From: a virus
DNA: 64,000 bases
Strand: one strand, 5' to 3'
Virus genome (UHGV): UHGV-1374697
In this document: piece after piece, positions 8,882 to 18,910 of the stretch
How positions within the stretch are numbered: position 1 is the stretch's first letter
How the letters are laid out: each line of letters starts with the position of its first letter
Position numbers and translations under genes: made by a program
The notes under the pieces: generated by a model
The model's input: the letters and a program-made list of their open reading frames with translations, nothing else
Database searches by the model: none
Told to the model about the DNA's origin: nothing

Positions 8882-11800
8882 CTACTGCTTCATCCGATTA
8901 TGAATTTCCTCCGCACTCAATGCCCCGTCAATCTGAATGCTACCCTTCCTCATGAGGTTGATAATGAGTTTCTTCTGCTCTTCGATTAGGCGTTTGCCCT
9001 CGTCCGTGGTATTAGACTTCTGCAATTCGCGGTTGAGCTTCGCGATAGCCTCACGTCCTGCTTGCGGGCTGATGATGTAGGGCATGATGCCTTTCATGGC
9101 CGCGCCGTAGGTCTTGGCACTCATACCGGAACTCTCAATCGCGGAAGCCAGAACTTCCTTCCGCAGAGCGGGGTCAAGCATGTTTGTAATTTCCGTAACA
9201 AACCGGACACTATTGACTAGCTTGGTGAAATTCTTCACGGCATCCGCGGTTTCCGCGGCTTCCATAGATTCCACATCCACCCCGGATTCCATTCTCTTGT
9301 AGAAGTCCGGACGAAGGACGCTCATTCGCTTCGACTTAGTGACCGCCGCGTTGGCATTCTTTAACCCGGCGGCAAGGGCTTCGGTCAAATCCTTCGGACG
9401 ACGGAGGCCCGCACCCAAGGTCTGTAACCCGTATGCCGCGGCACTCATGTCGGGCGTATCACTAAACATTTGTTTACCAGACTTGACTGCCCAGCCGTAG
9501 ACGGGAATCTTTTTATTGGCAACCGTCGCGAATCGTTCAAGGACTTGCCATGTATGTCCACTGCCGAACGAGGGGTTCAGCCCTGCGGCCAACAGGATTG
9601 CGTTGCCGACTGCCGGGAGAACGTTGACACTTTCATCACCGGAGAGGCTATGCTTGTAATTGAAGTCTTCCTCATTAAACAATTCAGTAGCTGTGTTCAG
9701 AAGGAGGGATTCTTCAAGCACCGTATTTTCCAGCAGGTTTTTCAGTTCGGCAACCTTGTTCATCCCCCACTTGTCCACATCCATATCCATGAAGAGGCTG
9801 GGCAGGGTTTTGGCTAACACCCTGATGGTCTTGAACGGGTTCATGTATTCAAGGTTCAAATACTCGAACTCATGTCGCTTCATATCTATGATGCCAATCA
9901 AGTCCCCGAACTTATCATAGTCAGGAATTAGCCCACTATCTGCCAGCTTCCTCATGACTTCCGCGTCGTCAATGATTTTACGGTCATCGTCATCTCCCAA
10001 GACACTGGCGATAATCTGTCGGGCAACCCAGGAAGAGACCGCAGAGGTTGCAGAAATAGTTCCAAAGGAACCCGCGGCACGAAGGATAGCGCGTCCCAAG
10101 AGGTAAGCCCCCTCCTTCTTCATGCCGTTATTGATAGCCCACACACCGTCTACCCCTTCACCTATGGCGTGGCCAAGGTTGTAGGCTACAGACTGGAAGG
10201 TATGGTACTGGAACATGAAGAACGGAGCCGCAACTATATTCAGGGTTTTCACCCACGAAGGAGTACGCGAACCCGTGGGGAGCAAGCTCTTCACCATGTG
10301 GGCAGTATACCTGTCCACATAAGCATCCCAACTCTGGGTAGTCTGGCTCGCGTCAAGGAGTATCTGGTCCCGCGCATTGGGGTTGTCCTTGCCCATCGCC
10401 CGCGCCAGTTGTACCTTTAATTGGGTATCGGCAATCGCTCTCTGGTTAGTGAAGAGAACAATCTTGGCCGCCGCGTCCGGCAAGCCATAGGCGAAGGACA
10501 TCGTTTTGATGGGCCATGCTACGACTTTGCCCGCCATCTTGGCGGCATCCTTAGCCACCTCGCCCTTCGTCCGTTCCTGTTTCTCGTTCAGAGCTTCGGC
10601 CAGTTTGAAGAAGGAATCCTCATTCACTTCTTCAAATTCTCCTGCCATCTTACTGAACTCGTCAGACTTCCAGACGTTGCGCAGGAACTCCCCTTGACCT
10701 GCGTCCAGCAGACCAAGCTCTTGCCAGTAGCGAATCTTCTCGTTGTACCTGTCTTCCGCGGCCAGCAGTCTATCCGCGGAAGCCTGTGAAGCAAGGTCCT
10801 TGCCCTGTGATAGCCGCCGTAGCTTACGCAACTGGACCCAGTCCCCGACAAGGTTTGCGATGTCTTTACTCCCCGTGAATGGAAGTGCACCCGCATGGGT
10901 CATTTGAGCTACTGTACCATATAAGTTACGTAACGTGGAATTAGGGCTCGCTATTAAGACAGAAAGGTTAGCCAAGCCACCCGCCTTACTCCACCATCCT
11001 TGCCCCTTGCCGGACTTCTGCCAGTACTCGCGGACCTTCTTATAGTCATCCGTCCTGCTATTCAGGATGTCGTCGCTCGGCCTATAGATGTGGTAGATGG
11101 CATCAGCTACATCCTTGTCGGCGTACATTCCGTTCAACGCATTCTTCGTATTCTTCAAGGAGATTTCCACCATGTCCGAGGTACGGTTTGTGGAATTCGG
11201 GGGTACGACCACACCCTGCGCTTTCAGTACGGAGGCATACTCGTCAGCAAGCAACTGGTTCACGGCAATCTTCGACTGCATGGATAGGGTATTCTGCAAT
11301 GTCCCAATGGCGTCCCCAATGGTGAGGTCGCTAAGTTCATACATAGCTTTCCTCTGCCATTCGGGCAAGCGTTTCCGCTGGGCCAGCGCATCTTCATTCG
11401 TCCTCTTCTTGGACAGAACTTCGTCAATGGCCTTCATGGCATCGTTCACCGCAAGACGGGAGAGTTCCGGATACTGCAACACTTTCAAGTCGGTAGCGGA
11501 GATGACGTTGCCCATATTGTTCGCCCTCATGAGAATGCCCGCCTGACCCCGGAGAAGATTGAGCGTCTTGTCCAGTCGTTCTGCGGCATTCATATCAGGC
11601 GTGTTCCATATCTGGTCGATGGCCGAAGTCGGGATAGTGGGGATGGCCTTGTTCACTTCGGAAGCCACGGATGCCGGGGATTCAAGACTGCCGATTTTGT
11701 CCGCAATCGTTTCTCCCGGAAGGTCGGAGAAGACTTCGGCGAGGAAACTATCTCTGGCATTCCTGTCCAGAGTTTCCTTCGTCTCTGTCATCTTTGACTT

Positions 11801-14800
11801 CGTGCGATAGTCTGCCTGTGCTATCATGCTCATGGCCTTATCATATATGGCACTGATGTTATGGCCATCTCGCAGGTCTGCAAGCATTTGAACCGCGCCG
11901 AAGTTGTTCTGAATGAAGTCCAGAATTTCCCTGTTCCTGTAGTTCTTGGCTACACCTTCGAACAGGAGTTTATAATTCGCGGAGGCTCTCGGTGGAGCGG
12001 ATACCAGCGGAAGTTTCAACTCGTCGTGGAGCGCGGCCAATGCCTGCATGTTGTCCAGCACTTGGCTTACGTTTTCGGATAGTTCTCTCTGGTGCGCTTC
12101 GGCATGAGAGATTGCGGCTTCCTGCAACAGTTTCGTCAGACCGTCGTATTTCTGCGCCAGTTCTCCGTTGGGGTTTGCGATGATGTCCTTCATCGTCCGG
12201 GTGAAGTCTCCGGCATGGCGTCCTACGGCCATGTAGGTGCGATGAAGATAATTCATCTCCGCGGCGTTGTCAGCCATGCGGCTATCTCCAATGAGCTTGG
12301 CAATAGAGATTTGCGTTGCGGCAATTTCTTTACGGGAATCGGCGATGACATTGTGGACCAGTTGACCTACAACCCCCTGTGACAGAAGCCACTGTTCAGC
12401 GGCATCCCGCTTAGCCATATACTCCGCTTGTTTTTGACGGCGTGCATTGAGGATAGCGTTGTCCCGTTTCAGCCACACGGAACCGGCAGGGGTAGCTACG
12501 CCAGCGCGAGTTACACCCGCCTTCTTTGTTGCGGCGTAGAAATCCTCCTTGGCTTCCCGGATGATTTGTTTAGCTTCGGCCCGTGCCTTAGCGATGTCCT
12601 GAATCATAGGAGCGATGGCGGGATGGTTTGTACTCTCCGCATAGAGATAGTCATTGCGAAGGTTGGACCACCTGTCCAGAAGTTCATCCATAGAGAAGGG
12701 ACTATCCACCTCGTTAATCATATCCGCGAGATAGTTTTGCGTGTCGCGGGCAAGGCCAAAGTAGGTGGCTTCCAGATTGGCATTCCCCGTCGCGGAGATA
12801 CGAGAGCCAAGGTCGGAGAGCGATTTGTGAATCTGCTGGGAGAGCATGGGGAGAGCTACCTGCTTGTCCAGCATGGCTCCATATCCCTTGCCGCTCATGT
12901 CTTTAATCCGGCGCATCATGTCGTTGATTTCCAATCGCCCTTCACTATTAAGCGCAAGGGAGTTAGCCAGACGCACCGCTTCCGCGTGCCTATTGACGGC
13001 ATCGGTGACGGTCTTCTTAGCCAACGCGATACGGAAGTCGCGGGTCTGTTCATGCTGACGAACTTCTGCTTGAGCCTCTGCGTTAATGCGTGCAACGGTT
13101 TCAGGGTCAATGTCGTTGTCCATATTCCCTGACATGTCGAGAATGGACTTGCTCCATTTCTTTCGCGTAGCGGCATCCCAGCCCAGATTATCCGCACGGC
13201 GTTGAAGCATATCGCCGATTTTGTCAATGCGTTTAATACTGCGTTCATACGCCGCATTCACGTTTGCCATTTGTTCCAGCACAATCAGCTTCTGTTCCTC
13301 GGACTTAACATTGATGCCAGCCTTGTCCCAGTTCTTGGTTACACCCAGCCATCCGTTCTTAATACTAGTTACCCAGTTCCCGGCATTCGTGCCAATGATT
13401 TCTGCGCCAAGGCCGAAGGACAATCTCCGGGTCATGTCAGTCTCATAGGCCATCGGGTTAAAATAATCTACCCCGTTGCCCATAGTATAATCCGTATCGT
13501 CTACCTTCCACGACGGAGTGCGAGGCATATCGAACCACTTGCCGGGGGTCATGTCCGCGACGCGGGCCACATAGGAATCCCATTCAGCCGCGCGTTCTGC
13601 GGCGGTGGTTCCGTCCATATCGTCCGCAGTTTGTCGCACGTCCCTAATCAAATCCTTAAGCCATTCGACGAGGCGCACATGAATAGGCTTCCGGCCTCCC
13701 GCCGCTTCGGCATAGCGAGCCAAATCCGTGATGGTGATATTGTCTCCGCTAGCTTCCGCTACCATGAAGTTCATGACAGGATTGGAGAACGCGACACTGG
13801 CAAATTCGTCCGGGCCGCGGAGACCATAGTTGAGGTCGGAAGCGAGCGCGGCGATGGCATTCATCTCATTGATGTCCACGCTAGCGTCATACATAGCGGA
13901 GAGACTATCGACAATGTTGTTGTAGTTCTCTGCAATCGCGCTTCTAATCCTATCCATCCGCTGGGAATAGTCCGTGTTGGTGGTACGAAGATGACGGTCA
14001 ATGAGGTGGATGACTTCGTGTAGTACCGTTCCCGTTACGCTTTCAATCGGGTTATCCCGGTTCACGTACAGGTCAATGACACCGCCGACAAGCTTCCCGT
14101 CCGTGCCGTTCATGTAGGTGATACTGGCAGGGGAAGAGATGTTCGCCGGGGCATTGGTTGCACGGATAGCAACATCCAAACCAGCGGCATGCAGTGCGCG
14201 GAGCACTCCATCAATGGCCGCGGCCTGTGCGGGGGAGGCATTAACTTGAAGGTCCGAAAGGATGCCGTAGGCATTTGCGCCAGTCCCATCCGTCGGGAGA
14301 TTGAGAGCGGAGACCTTGTCTCCCCACTTGGTGCTGGGTGTCCCTCCCTCGCCCGTGTTGTACATGCTTGCGTGCGGAGCGATGACAATGGTTTCTCCCG
14401 TGTTGCTGGTAATCATGGGGGCGTTAATCCCGGTCATCTCGTTCAGGGAGACGAGCTTCGCGCCGCGCTCCAATGGCGTACCATAGGAGAGCCACGCACC
14501 AGTATTACTATCGAACGAGGCGATTGCCGCATCCATGTTATCCACAGTTTCCACGGAACTGGGGGTAACTACTCCCGTCTCTACCATAGCGGCAACGGGG
14601 GCAATAGCATTGTCCCTCTCCTTCCGGGCAATAGCTACCGGGGATTCCTTGGGTTCCGCGGTAGCCGTGGTAGCCGTGGTAGCCGTGGGTTCCGTCAATC
14701 CGTTAATAACGTTAATGGCGGCATCAAGGTCCTCGTCCCCTGTAGTAATGATGGACAGGTCGTCGTCTACTTCGATAACCTGAACCCGGTCTCCCATAGC

Positions 14801-17800
14801 ATCAAGGGCTTCGGACAACATGGTGCGCATGGTGTCGAGGTTTTCCTTATTTGGGAATGACAGGGTATTGGGCAGGTCGTTAATGGCTTCTGCCATGAAT
14901 GAGCTTGCCGCGGCACTGCCCTCATAGGTATATATTTCGGAGGCCCGTTCCACTAGGTTGCGGAACTGGGTGAAGTTGCTGATGCCCATACGGGTTGCTC
15001 CTTCCACCCACGCCTTGCGGGTTTCATCGGAGACTGCCAGACTTTCATGGGCAATGGATTTGTCCACCCATTCGCGGGCAACTTCCGCGGCATCCCCCTT
15101 CTCCCCGGCAATCTCGATAACCTTCTTTCCGGTTTCTACCAAGCTTTCTGGTACGTTGTTTTTGGTAATGGCTTTGCCCGTTTCCTCGATGATGTTGCTC
15201 GCATCTTTCGTAATATCCGGTAGCATGGAAGTAGCATCCTTTACATCTAGGGTGGGAACGGCTTCGGTTTGGAAACGTATGTTCCCTTCACCAGCTAAGT
15301 GGCTACCAACGTAGCCGCCGATACCACCAAGGAAAGCAATCTTCATGCCTGTGCTAATCACTTGGTCAGTAGTGGCAATAGAGGATTCGGAGATTTCTCC
15401 GTTCTTCACCAGTTCGGTAAACGCCCACTCTTGGAATTCGTCTGTCAGTTCTTCGGTGGCTCCTTCCACTACGGCCTTGCTCGTGCTGTACAGATAGGAA
15501 GCAACGGCAAACGTCTTTTCCTTCGTGTTCATCTCCTTAAATGGCTTGCTTCTCCATCCGGCAATCTTCCGTTCAAGGGTTTGGAATGGAGATTGACCGC
15601 GAAGGTTTTTAGCCCCAATAATCTTACGCATGTAGGAATCCATACCTGCGCGGTTGTTGATGAGAGTACTACCAGTAGATACGAGAGCCGCGCCAAAGAG
15701 GGCACGCATGTTAGCAATGCTCTGTGCCCTGTTCAAGTTCTCGGCAGTCGGTTCCTTCCCTTCCATCTCCCTATCATAAATGGTATAGAAGATGTCGGAG
15801 TAAGCATTCGGTGCAACCTGCGAGATGATGCTAAGATTTACCCCGGCTCCGGCTCCTGCCCGTTCGAGGTTCAACGCCGCAAGGTTGTCAAGGTTGCGCT
15901 GAATAGTTCCACTCAAACGTCCCGCCAATCCCGGACGGGCGGCAGGGACAAGAGCTTCGGCCCGCTTCGCTACAACGTTAGCCGTTGCCTTCATGAATTT
16001 ATTGAGCGCGGTACGTTCCAGTGCACGGCCAGCGAGGCCGCCAACTTTACCAGCCCCCGCGGTTGCTACCATTTGGTAGCCGAGGTTAGCGATTTCCGCA
16101 GTATAGTCCGCAAGGATATTGCCTCGAACCAACTCGGCTTCTGCTTCCTGTTTTTTGTTCAGCTGGTCCCAGAGGGTGCGGGTATGTTCCATCGCCGCAC
16201 GACTGCCAACTGCATTCTGTGCAAAGAGAAGAGCACCATAGGCGGTACTTGTCCCAAGGTCGATTGCCTTGTGCGTACCTATCTGTAACCCGCGGAGAAC
16301 AGAGTTGATGGTGTCTTGCCCTTTCTCCTGCCATGCGGAGAGGATGTCCTCGTCGCTCTTGCCCGCTTCCTTCTGTTCGTTGTAAAAATTCTTGAAGGAA
16401 AGGTGCTTGTCCAGATGCTTCATGGATTCAGTCAAGATAGGGTTGAACTGCAAGCCGGAGCCAAGCCACGTATCGCGAAGCGTCCCCAGCGTCTCGTCCA
16501 ATGCAATGTTGTCCTTCACAAGTTCCTGTGCGGATTTCTTGCGGAGGTTCTGGAACTTCTCAATGGTGCGATTGATGAGACCTTCGTCCGCGCCACTAGC
16601 ACGGAGAGCCTCAATGCTCTGGTCCATCAGCTTATCATTGTAGAGAGCATTGGGGTTCAGTTCGAGTGTGGCGTTCGTATCAACTTCCTTGGTGTGCGGG
16701 TTGTACACAAAGAGACTGCCACGGCCTACGCCCAAGTCACCCATGCGTGCGGCATGGGAGAGGGAGTTGAGGGCATCGCGAGTACTTTCAATATGGTACT
16801 GGTCCATGTACTCCTTCAACCTCTCCGGTCCGACTTCAAAGGATGGGCCGCCCGGCATGCCATACCACCATGTGCCACGCTTCGTTCCCTTCCTCCATTC
16901 CATCAAACTCATTGGGTCAGCGTACTTACCCACACTATTATCCGGTTGGAAGGTAAGTACGTCCGCAATTTGTCCCGCCGTGCTTCGGTAGTTAGCCAGT
17001 GCGCCTTTGACTGCATCCATGAGAGTGCCTTTCGGCGTGGCTTTGGCGGTATAGTCCTGAATCAGTTTGGTTACTCCCGCTTGGCGCAGGGCAGATTTTG
17101 GAACCCCCGGAAACCTTGTGGCCACGGCTTCCAGTATAGCCTCACTCATGCCAATCTGTTCGGGGTTTTCGACGGTCAGAGGGCGGTCCTTCTGGCGGTG
17201 AACTTCCTCGGCAATGACCTTTGCCCGTGCACGTATTGCGTCCATGTCAGCACCGGGGACTAAAGACAGAAGGGCAGAGGCCGCGGCCTCTGGATTGAGA
17301 AGCGCGTCGCGAAGTTCGAGATAGGGAAGGCCAGTGTAGTCCTCTTCGAGGCGTCTTACGATTTTGTCGGCTGTTTCTATCTGTTCACGAATCCTATCCT
17401 CAACAGGTTTTTCTTTTTTTGAAATGAGTTTTGCTTGGTCTGTATGGAGTTGTTTCGCATATGCGGTAGCAGATTCCGGGGAATCGAAAACTCCTAGATG
17501 CTTCCCTGTTTTTCGGAATTGTTCTATTGCTTCCTTTTCCGTTAAAAGTCTTCCATCTTCGGATACTGTGGGAATAAGGTATTCTTTATCATCAACCCCT
17601 ATGGACATAGACCGTACCGTACTCACGGAACCATCAGGGTTTTTAACTTGAGGGCGTTGATTCAAATCGAGATTACCTGCCTCCACCATACCAGAGATGT
17701 CGGTCAAAGCCCGATTTCCCGATATATAACTACCACTGTTCCGGGAAAGGTAATCCCCGTAGTCGCGGACAAGTTGGAACATTTTGCTGGGAGACTTGGA

Positions 17801-18808
17801 AAGGTTGGCGAGTTCAGCAAAAACATTCCCAGTAAATGAAGGTGCTGAATCAGAGAATTCGCCAACGCCAAGCTCCCCCACGCTCGTTTGGCTGGGGGTT
17901 TTCTTCTGCAAGCCCTCTGTCGAAGCGGCCCGGTATTTGTTGTAGAGAGACTTCGCGGCTCGGTAGTTGTCAATGTCTTCGCGCCTAATCGTATTGATGA
18001 CGCTTTCTATTTCTTCTGCGGTGTAAGCAATAGGTGCGGTCTCGATGGCTTGCGCCGTAGGTTTACCAGACACAACATCTAGATTCGAGTTGAGGTAATC
18101 CTTCCGGGCCTTTTCCATTGTGTTTGCAATGGATTTGGCCACCGCCTTTGCGTCCCGGTTTCTGTCCGCGGCAATGGCGAGGAACTTTTCCGTTACCACG
18201 GGGTTCCCATCTTCTCCACTTCCGAAGCCAGAGCGGGATAAGAAGGCGGGGTGCGTAGGCGTAAGCTCGGAAGAAGACACAACGGTAATTCCCGTATTGT
18301 TGGCAAGCTTCTTAAGGGCCTCACTATCGCCGCGGGAAGCGGCCTTCAAATCAACCAGCGCATCTTCGCCGCGGTCTACGTAATCTTTCGCGTCATCAAT
18401 CTCGACGAAGTTGAATCCACGGTTTCCACGGTTCAAGACACCGAGGGCTTTCTGCTCTTCCGCGGCTTGCCATCCGGCTTCCGTATGCGCCCTGCTCTTC
18501 TTGTCCCATTCCGCTTCATTTGCATCCTTGGCTTTCTGTGCCTGTTCCTTCTCAAAGTCATCGACAGACTTAAAGAGGAAGGTGTCATAGTCTGCGGTCG
18601 CCGTCGCTCCCTTCTCGGCACGGGTCTGTCTCTTTTCCGCTAACCTTTGCTCGCGGTCCAGTGCTTTCTGTTCTCGGTCCTGCTGTTTCTGCGCTTGCGT
18701 CTCTTGCCACGCGGCGTGCCTTTCTGCGGCACGTGATTCACGCGCGATACTACTTCCCGACGTCGGAGTGAAGTCGGACATATTGGCGGTACTAAAATCG
18801 ATGGCCAT
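8882..18808 (-). CDS. giant multidomain virion/ejection (polyvalent-type) protein, 3308 aa
   Basis: Uninterrupted 9.9-kb ORF. HExxH zincin-like motif (TVLHEVIHLID); hydrophobic channel-like segments near the C-terminus; long coiled-coil N-terminus; sits in the structural block. No RNAP DxDGD motif found. Confidence 0.7.
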   Translation of the reverse strand: MAIDFSTANMSDFTPTSGSSIARESRAAERHAAWQETQAQKQQDREQKALDREQRLAEKRQTRAEKGATATADYDTFLFKSVDDFEKEQAQKAKDANEAEWDKKSRAHTEAGWQAAEEQKALGVLNRGNRGFNFVEIDDAKDYVDRGEDALVDLKAASRGDSEALKKLANNTGITVVSSSELTPTHPAFLSRSGFGSGEDGNPVVTEKFLAIAADRNRDAKAVAKSIANTMEKARKDYLNSNLDVVSGKPTAQAIETAPIAYTAEEIESVINTIRREDIDNYRAAKSLYNKYRAASTEGLQKKTPSQTSVGELGVGEFSDSAPSFTGNVFAELANLSKSPSKMFQLVRDYGDYLSRNSGSYISGNRALTDISGMVEAGNLDLNQRPQVKNPDGSVSTVRSMSIGVDDKEYLIPTVSEDGRLLTEKEAIEQFRKTGKHLGVFDSPESATAYAKQLHTDQAKLISKKEKPVEDRIREQIETADKIVRRLEEDYTGLPYLELRDALLNPEAAASALLSLVPGADMDAIRARAKVIAEEVHRQKDRPLTVENPEQIGMSEAILEAVATRFPGVPKSALRQAGVTKLIQDYTAKATPKGTLMDAVKGALANYRSTAGQIADVLTFQPDNSVGKYADPMSLMEWRKGTKRGTWWYGMPGGPSFEVGPERLKEYMDQYHIESTRDALNSLSHAARMGDLGVGRGSLFVYNPHTKEVDTNATLELNPNALYNDKLMDQSIEALRASGADEGLINRTIEKFQNLRKKSAQELVKDNIALDETLGTLRDTWLGSGLQFNPILTESMKHLDKHLSFKNFYNEQKEAGKSDEDILSAWQEKGQDTINSVLRGLQIGTHKAIDLGTSTAYGALLFAQNAVGSRAAMEHTRTLWDQLNKKQEAEAELVRGNILADYTAEIANLGYQMVATAGAGKVGGLAGRALERTALNKFMKATANVVAKRAEALVPAARPGLAGRLSGTIQRNLDNLAALNLERAGAGAGVNLSIISQVAPNAYSDIFYTIYDREMEGKEPTAENLNRAQSIANMRALFGAALVSTGSTLINNRAGMDSYMRKIIGAKNLRGQSPFQTLERKIAGWRSKPFKEMNTKEKTFAVASYLYSTSKAVVEGATEELTDEFQEWAFTELVKNGEISESSIATTDQVISTGMKIAFLGGIGGYVGSHLAGEGNIRFQTEAVPTLDVKDATSMLPDITKDASNIIEETGKAITKNNVPESLVETGKKVIEIAGEKGDAAEVAREWVDKSIAHESLAVSDETRKAWVEGATRMGISNFTQFRNLVERASEIYTYEGSAAASSFMAEAINDLPNTLSFPNKENLDTMRTMLSEALDAMGDRVQVIEVDDDLSIITTGDEDLDAAINVINGLTEPTATTATTATAEPKESPVAIARKERDNAIAPVAAMVETGVVTPSSVETVDNMDAAIASFDSNTGAWLSYGTPLERGAKLVSLNEMTGINAPMITSNTGETIVIAPHASMYNTGEGGTPSTKWGDKVSALNLPTDGTGANAYGILSDLQVNASPAQAAAIDGVLRALHAAGLDVAIRATNAPANISSPASITYMNGTDGKLVGGVIDLYVNRDNPIESVTGTVLHEVIHLIDRHLRTTNTDYSQRMDRIRSAIAENYNNIVDSLSAMYDASVDINEMNAIAALASDLNYGLRGPDEFASVAFSNPVMNFMVAEASGDNITITDLARYAEAAGGRKPIHVRLVEWLKDLIRDVRQTADDMDGTTAAERAAEWDSYVARVADMTPGKWFDMPRTPSWKVDDTDYTMGNGVDYFNPMAYETDMTRRLSFGLGAEIIGTNAGNWVTSIKNGWLGVTKNWDKAGINVKSEEQKLIVLEQMANVNAAYERSIKRIDKIGDMLQRRADNLGWDAATRKKWSKSILDMSGNMDNDIDPETVARINAEAQAEVRQHEQTRDFRIALAKKTVTDAVNRHAEAVRLANSLALNSEGRLEINDMMRRIKDMSGKGYGAMLDKQVALPMLSQQIHKSLSDLGSRISATGNANLEATYFGLARDTQNYLADMINEVDSPFSMDELLDRWSNLRNDYLYAESTNHPAIAPMIQDIAKARAEAKQIIREAKEDFYAATKKAGVTRAGVATPAGSVWLKRDNAILNARRQKQAEYMAKRDAAEQWLLSQGVVGQLVHNVIADSRKEIAATQISIAKLIGDSRMADNAAEMNYLHRTYMAVGRHAGDFTRTMKDIIANPNGELAQKYDGLTKLLQEAAISHAEAHQRELSENVSQVLDNMQALAALHDELKLPLVSAPPRASANYKLLFEGVAKNYRNREILDFIQNNFGAVQMLADLRDGHNISAIYDKAMSMIAQADYRTKSKMTETKETLDRNARDSFLAEVFSDLPGETIADKIGSLESPASVASEVNKAIPTIPTSAIDQIWNTPDMNAAERLDKTLNLLRGQAGILMRANNMGNVISATDLKVLQYPELSRLAVNDAMKAIDEVLSKKRTNEDALAQRKRLPEWQRKAMYELSDLTIGDAIGTLQNTLSMQSKIAVNQLLADEYASVLKAQGVVVPPNSTNRTSDMVEISLKNTKNALNGMYADKDVADAIYHIYRPSDDILNSRTDDYKKVREYWQKSGKGQGWWSKAGGLANLSVLIASPNSTLRNLYGTVAQMTHAGALPFTGSKDIANLVGDWVQLRKLRRLSQGKDLASQASADRLLAAEDRYNEKIRYWQELGLLDAGQGEFLRNVWKSDEFSKMAGEFEEVNEDSFFKLAEALNEKQERTKGEVAKDAAKMAGKVVAWPIKTMSFAYGLPDAAAKIVLFTNQRAIADTQLKVQLARAMGKDNPNARDQILLDASQTTQSWDAYVDRYTAHMVKSLLPTGSRTPSWVKTLNIVAAPFFMFQYHTFQSVAYNLGHAIGEGVDGVWAINNGMKKEGAYLLGRAILRAAGSFGTISATSAVSSWVARQIIASVLGDDDDRKIIDDAEVMRKLADSGLIPDYDKFGDLIGIIDMKRHEFEYLNLEYMNPFKTIRVLAKTLPSLFMDMDVDKWGMNKVAELKNLLENTVLEESLLLNTATELFNEEDFNYKHSLSGDESVNVLPAVGNAILLAAGLNPSFGSGHTWQVLERFATVANKKIPVYGWAVKSGKQMFSDTPDMSAAAYGLQTLGAGLRRPKDLTEALAAGLKNANAAVTKSKRMSVLRPDFYKRMESGVDVESMEAAETADAVKNFTKLVNSVRFVTEITNMLDPALRKEVLASAIESSGMSAKTYGAAMKGIMPYIISPQAGREAIAKLNRELQKSNTTDEGKRLIEEQKKLIINLMRKGSIQIDGALSAEEIHNRMKQ

Positions 18809-18835
18809 GTTTGTTGAGTATTAGTATAATAAGTT

Positions 18836-18879
18836 TGCCCCACTCATGTGGGTCTTCAACATCCTATCATGAGTGGGGC
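18836..18879 (-). promoter_or_regulatory. 12-bp-stem hairpin in the intergenic region upstream of the giant ORF
   Basis: GCCCCACTCATG...CATGAGTGGGGC with a 20-nt loop. A CTTGACC motif lies just upstream on the minus strand. Confidence 0.3.
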
Positions 18880-18910
18880 GAGGGTCAAGTGAAATATTAA
18901 TTATGACAAT

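Noticed and set aside
8882-18808. Giant ORF considered as a crAss-type virion-packaged multisubunit RNA polymerase
   Set aside because: I could not find a DxDGD/NADFDGD-like double-psi beta-barrel catalytic motif by eye. Kept as an unassigned giant virion protein.
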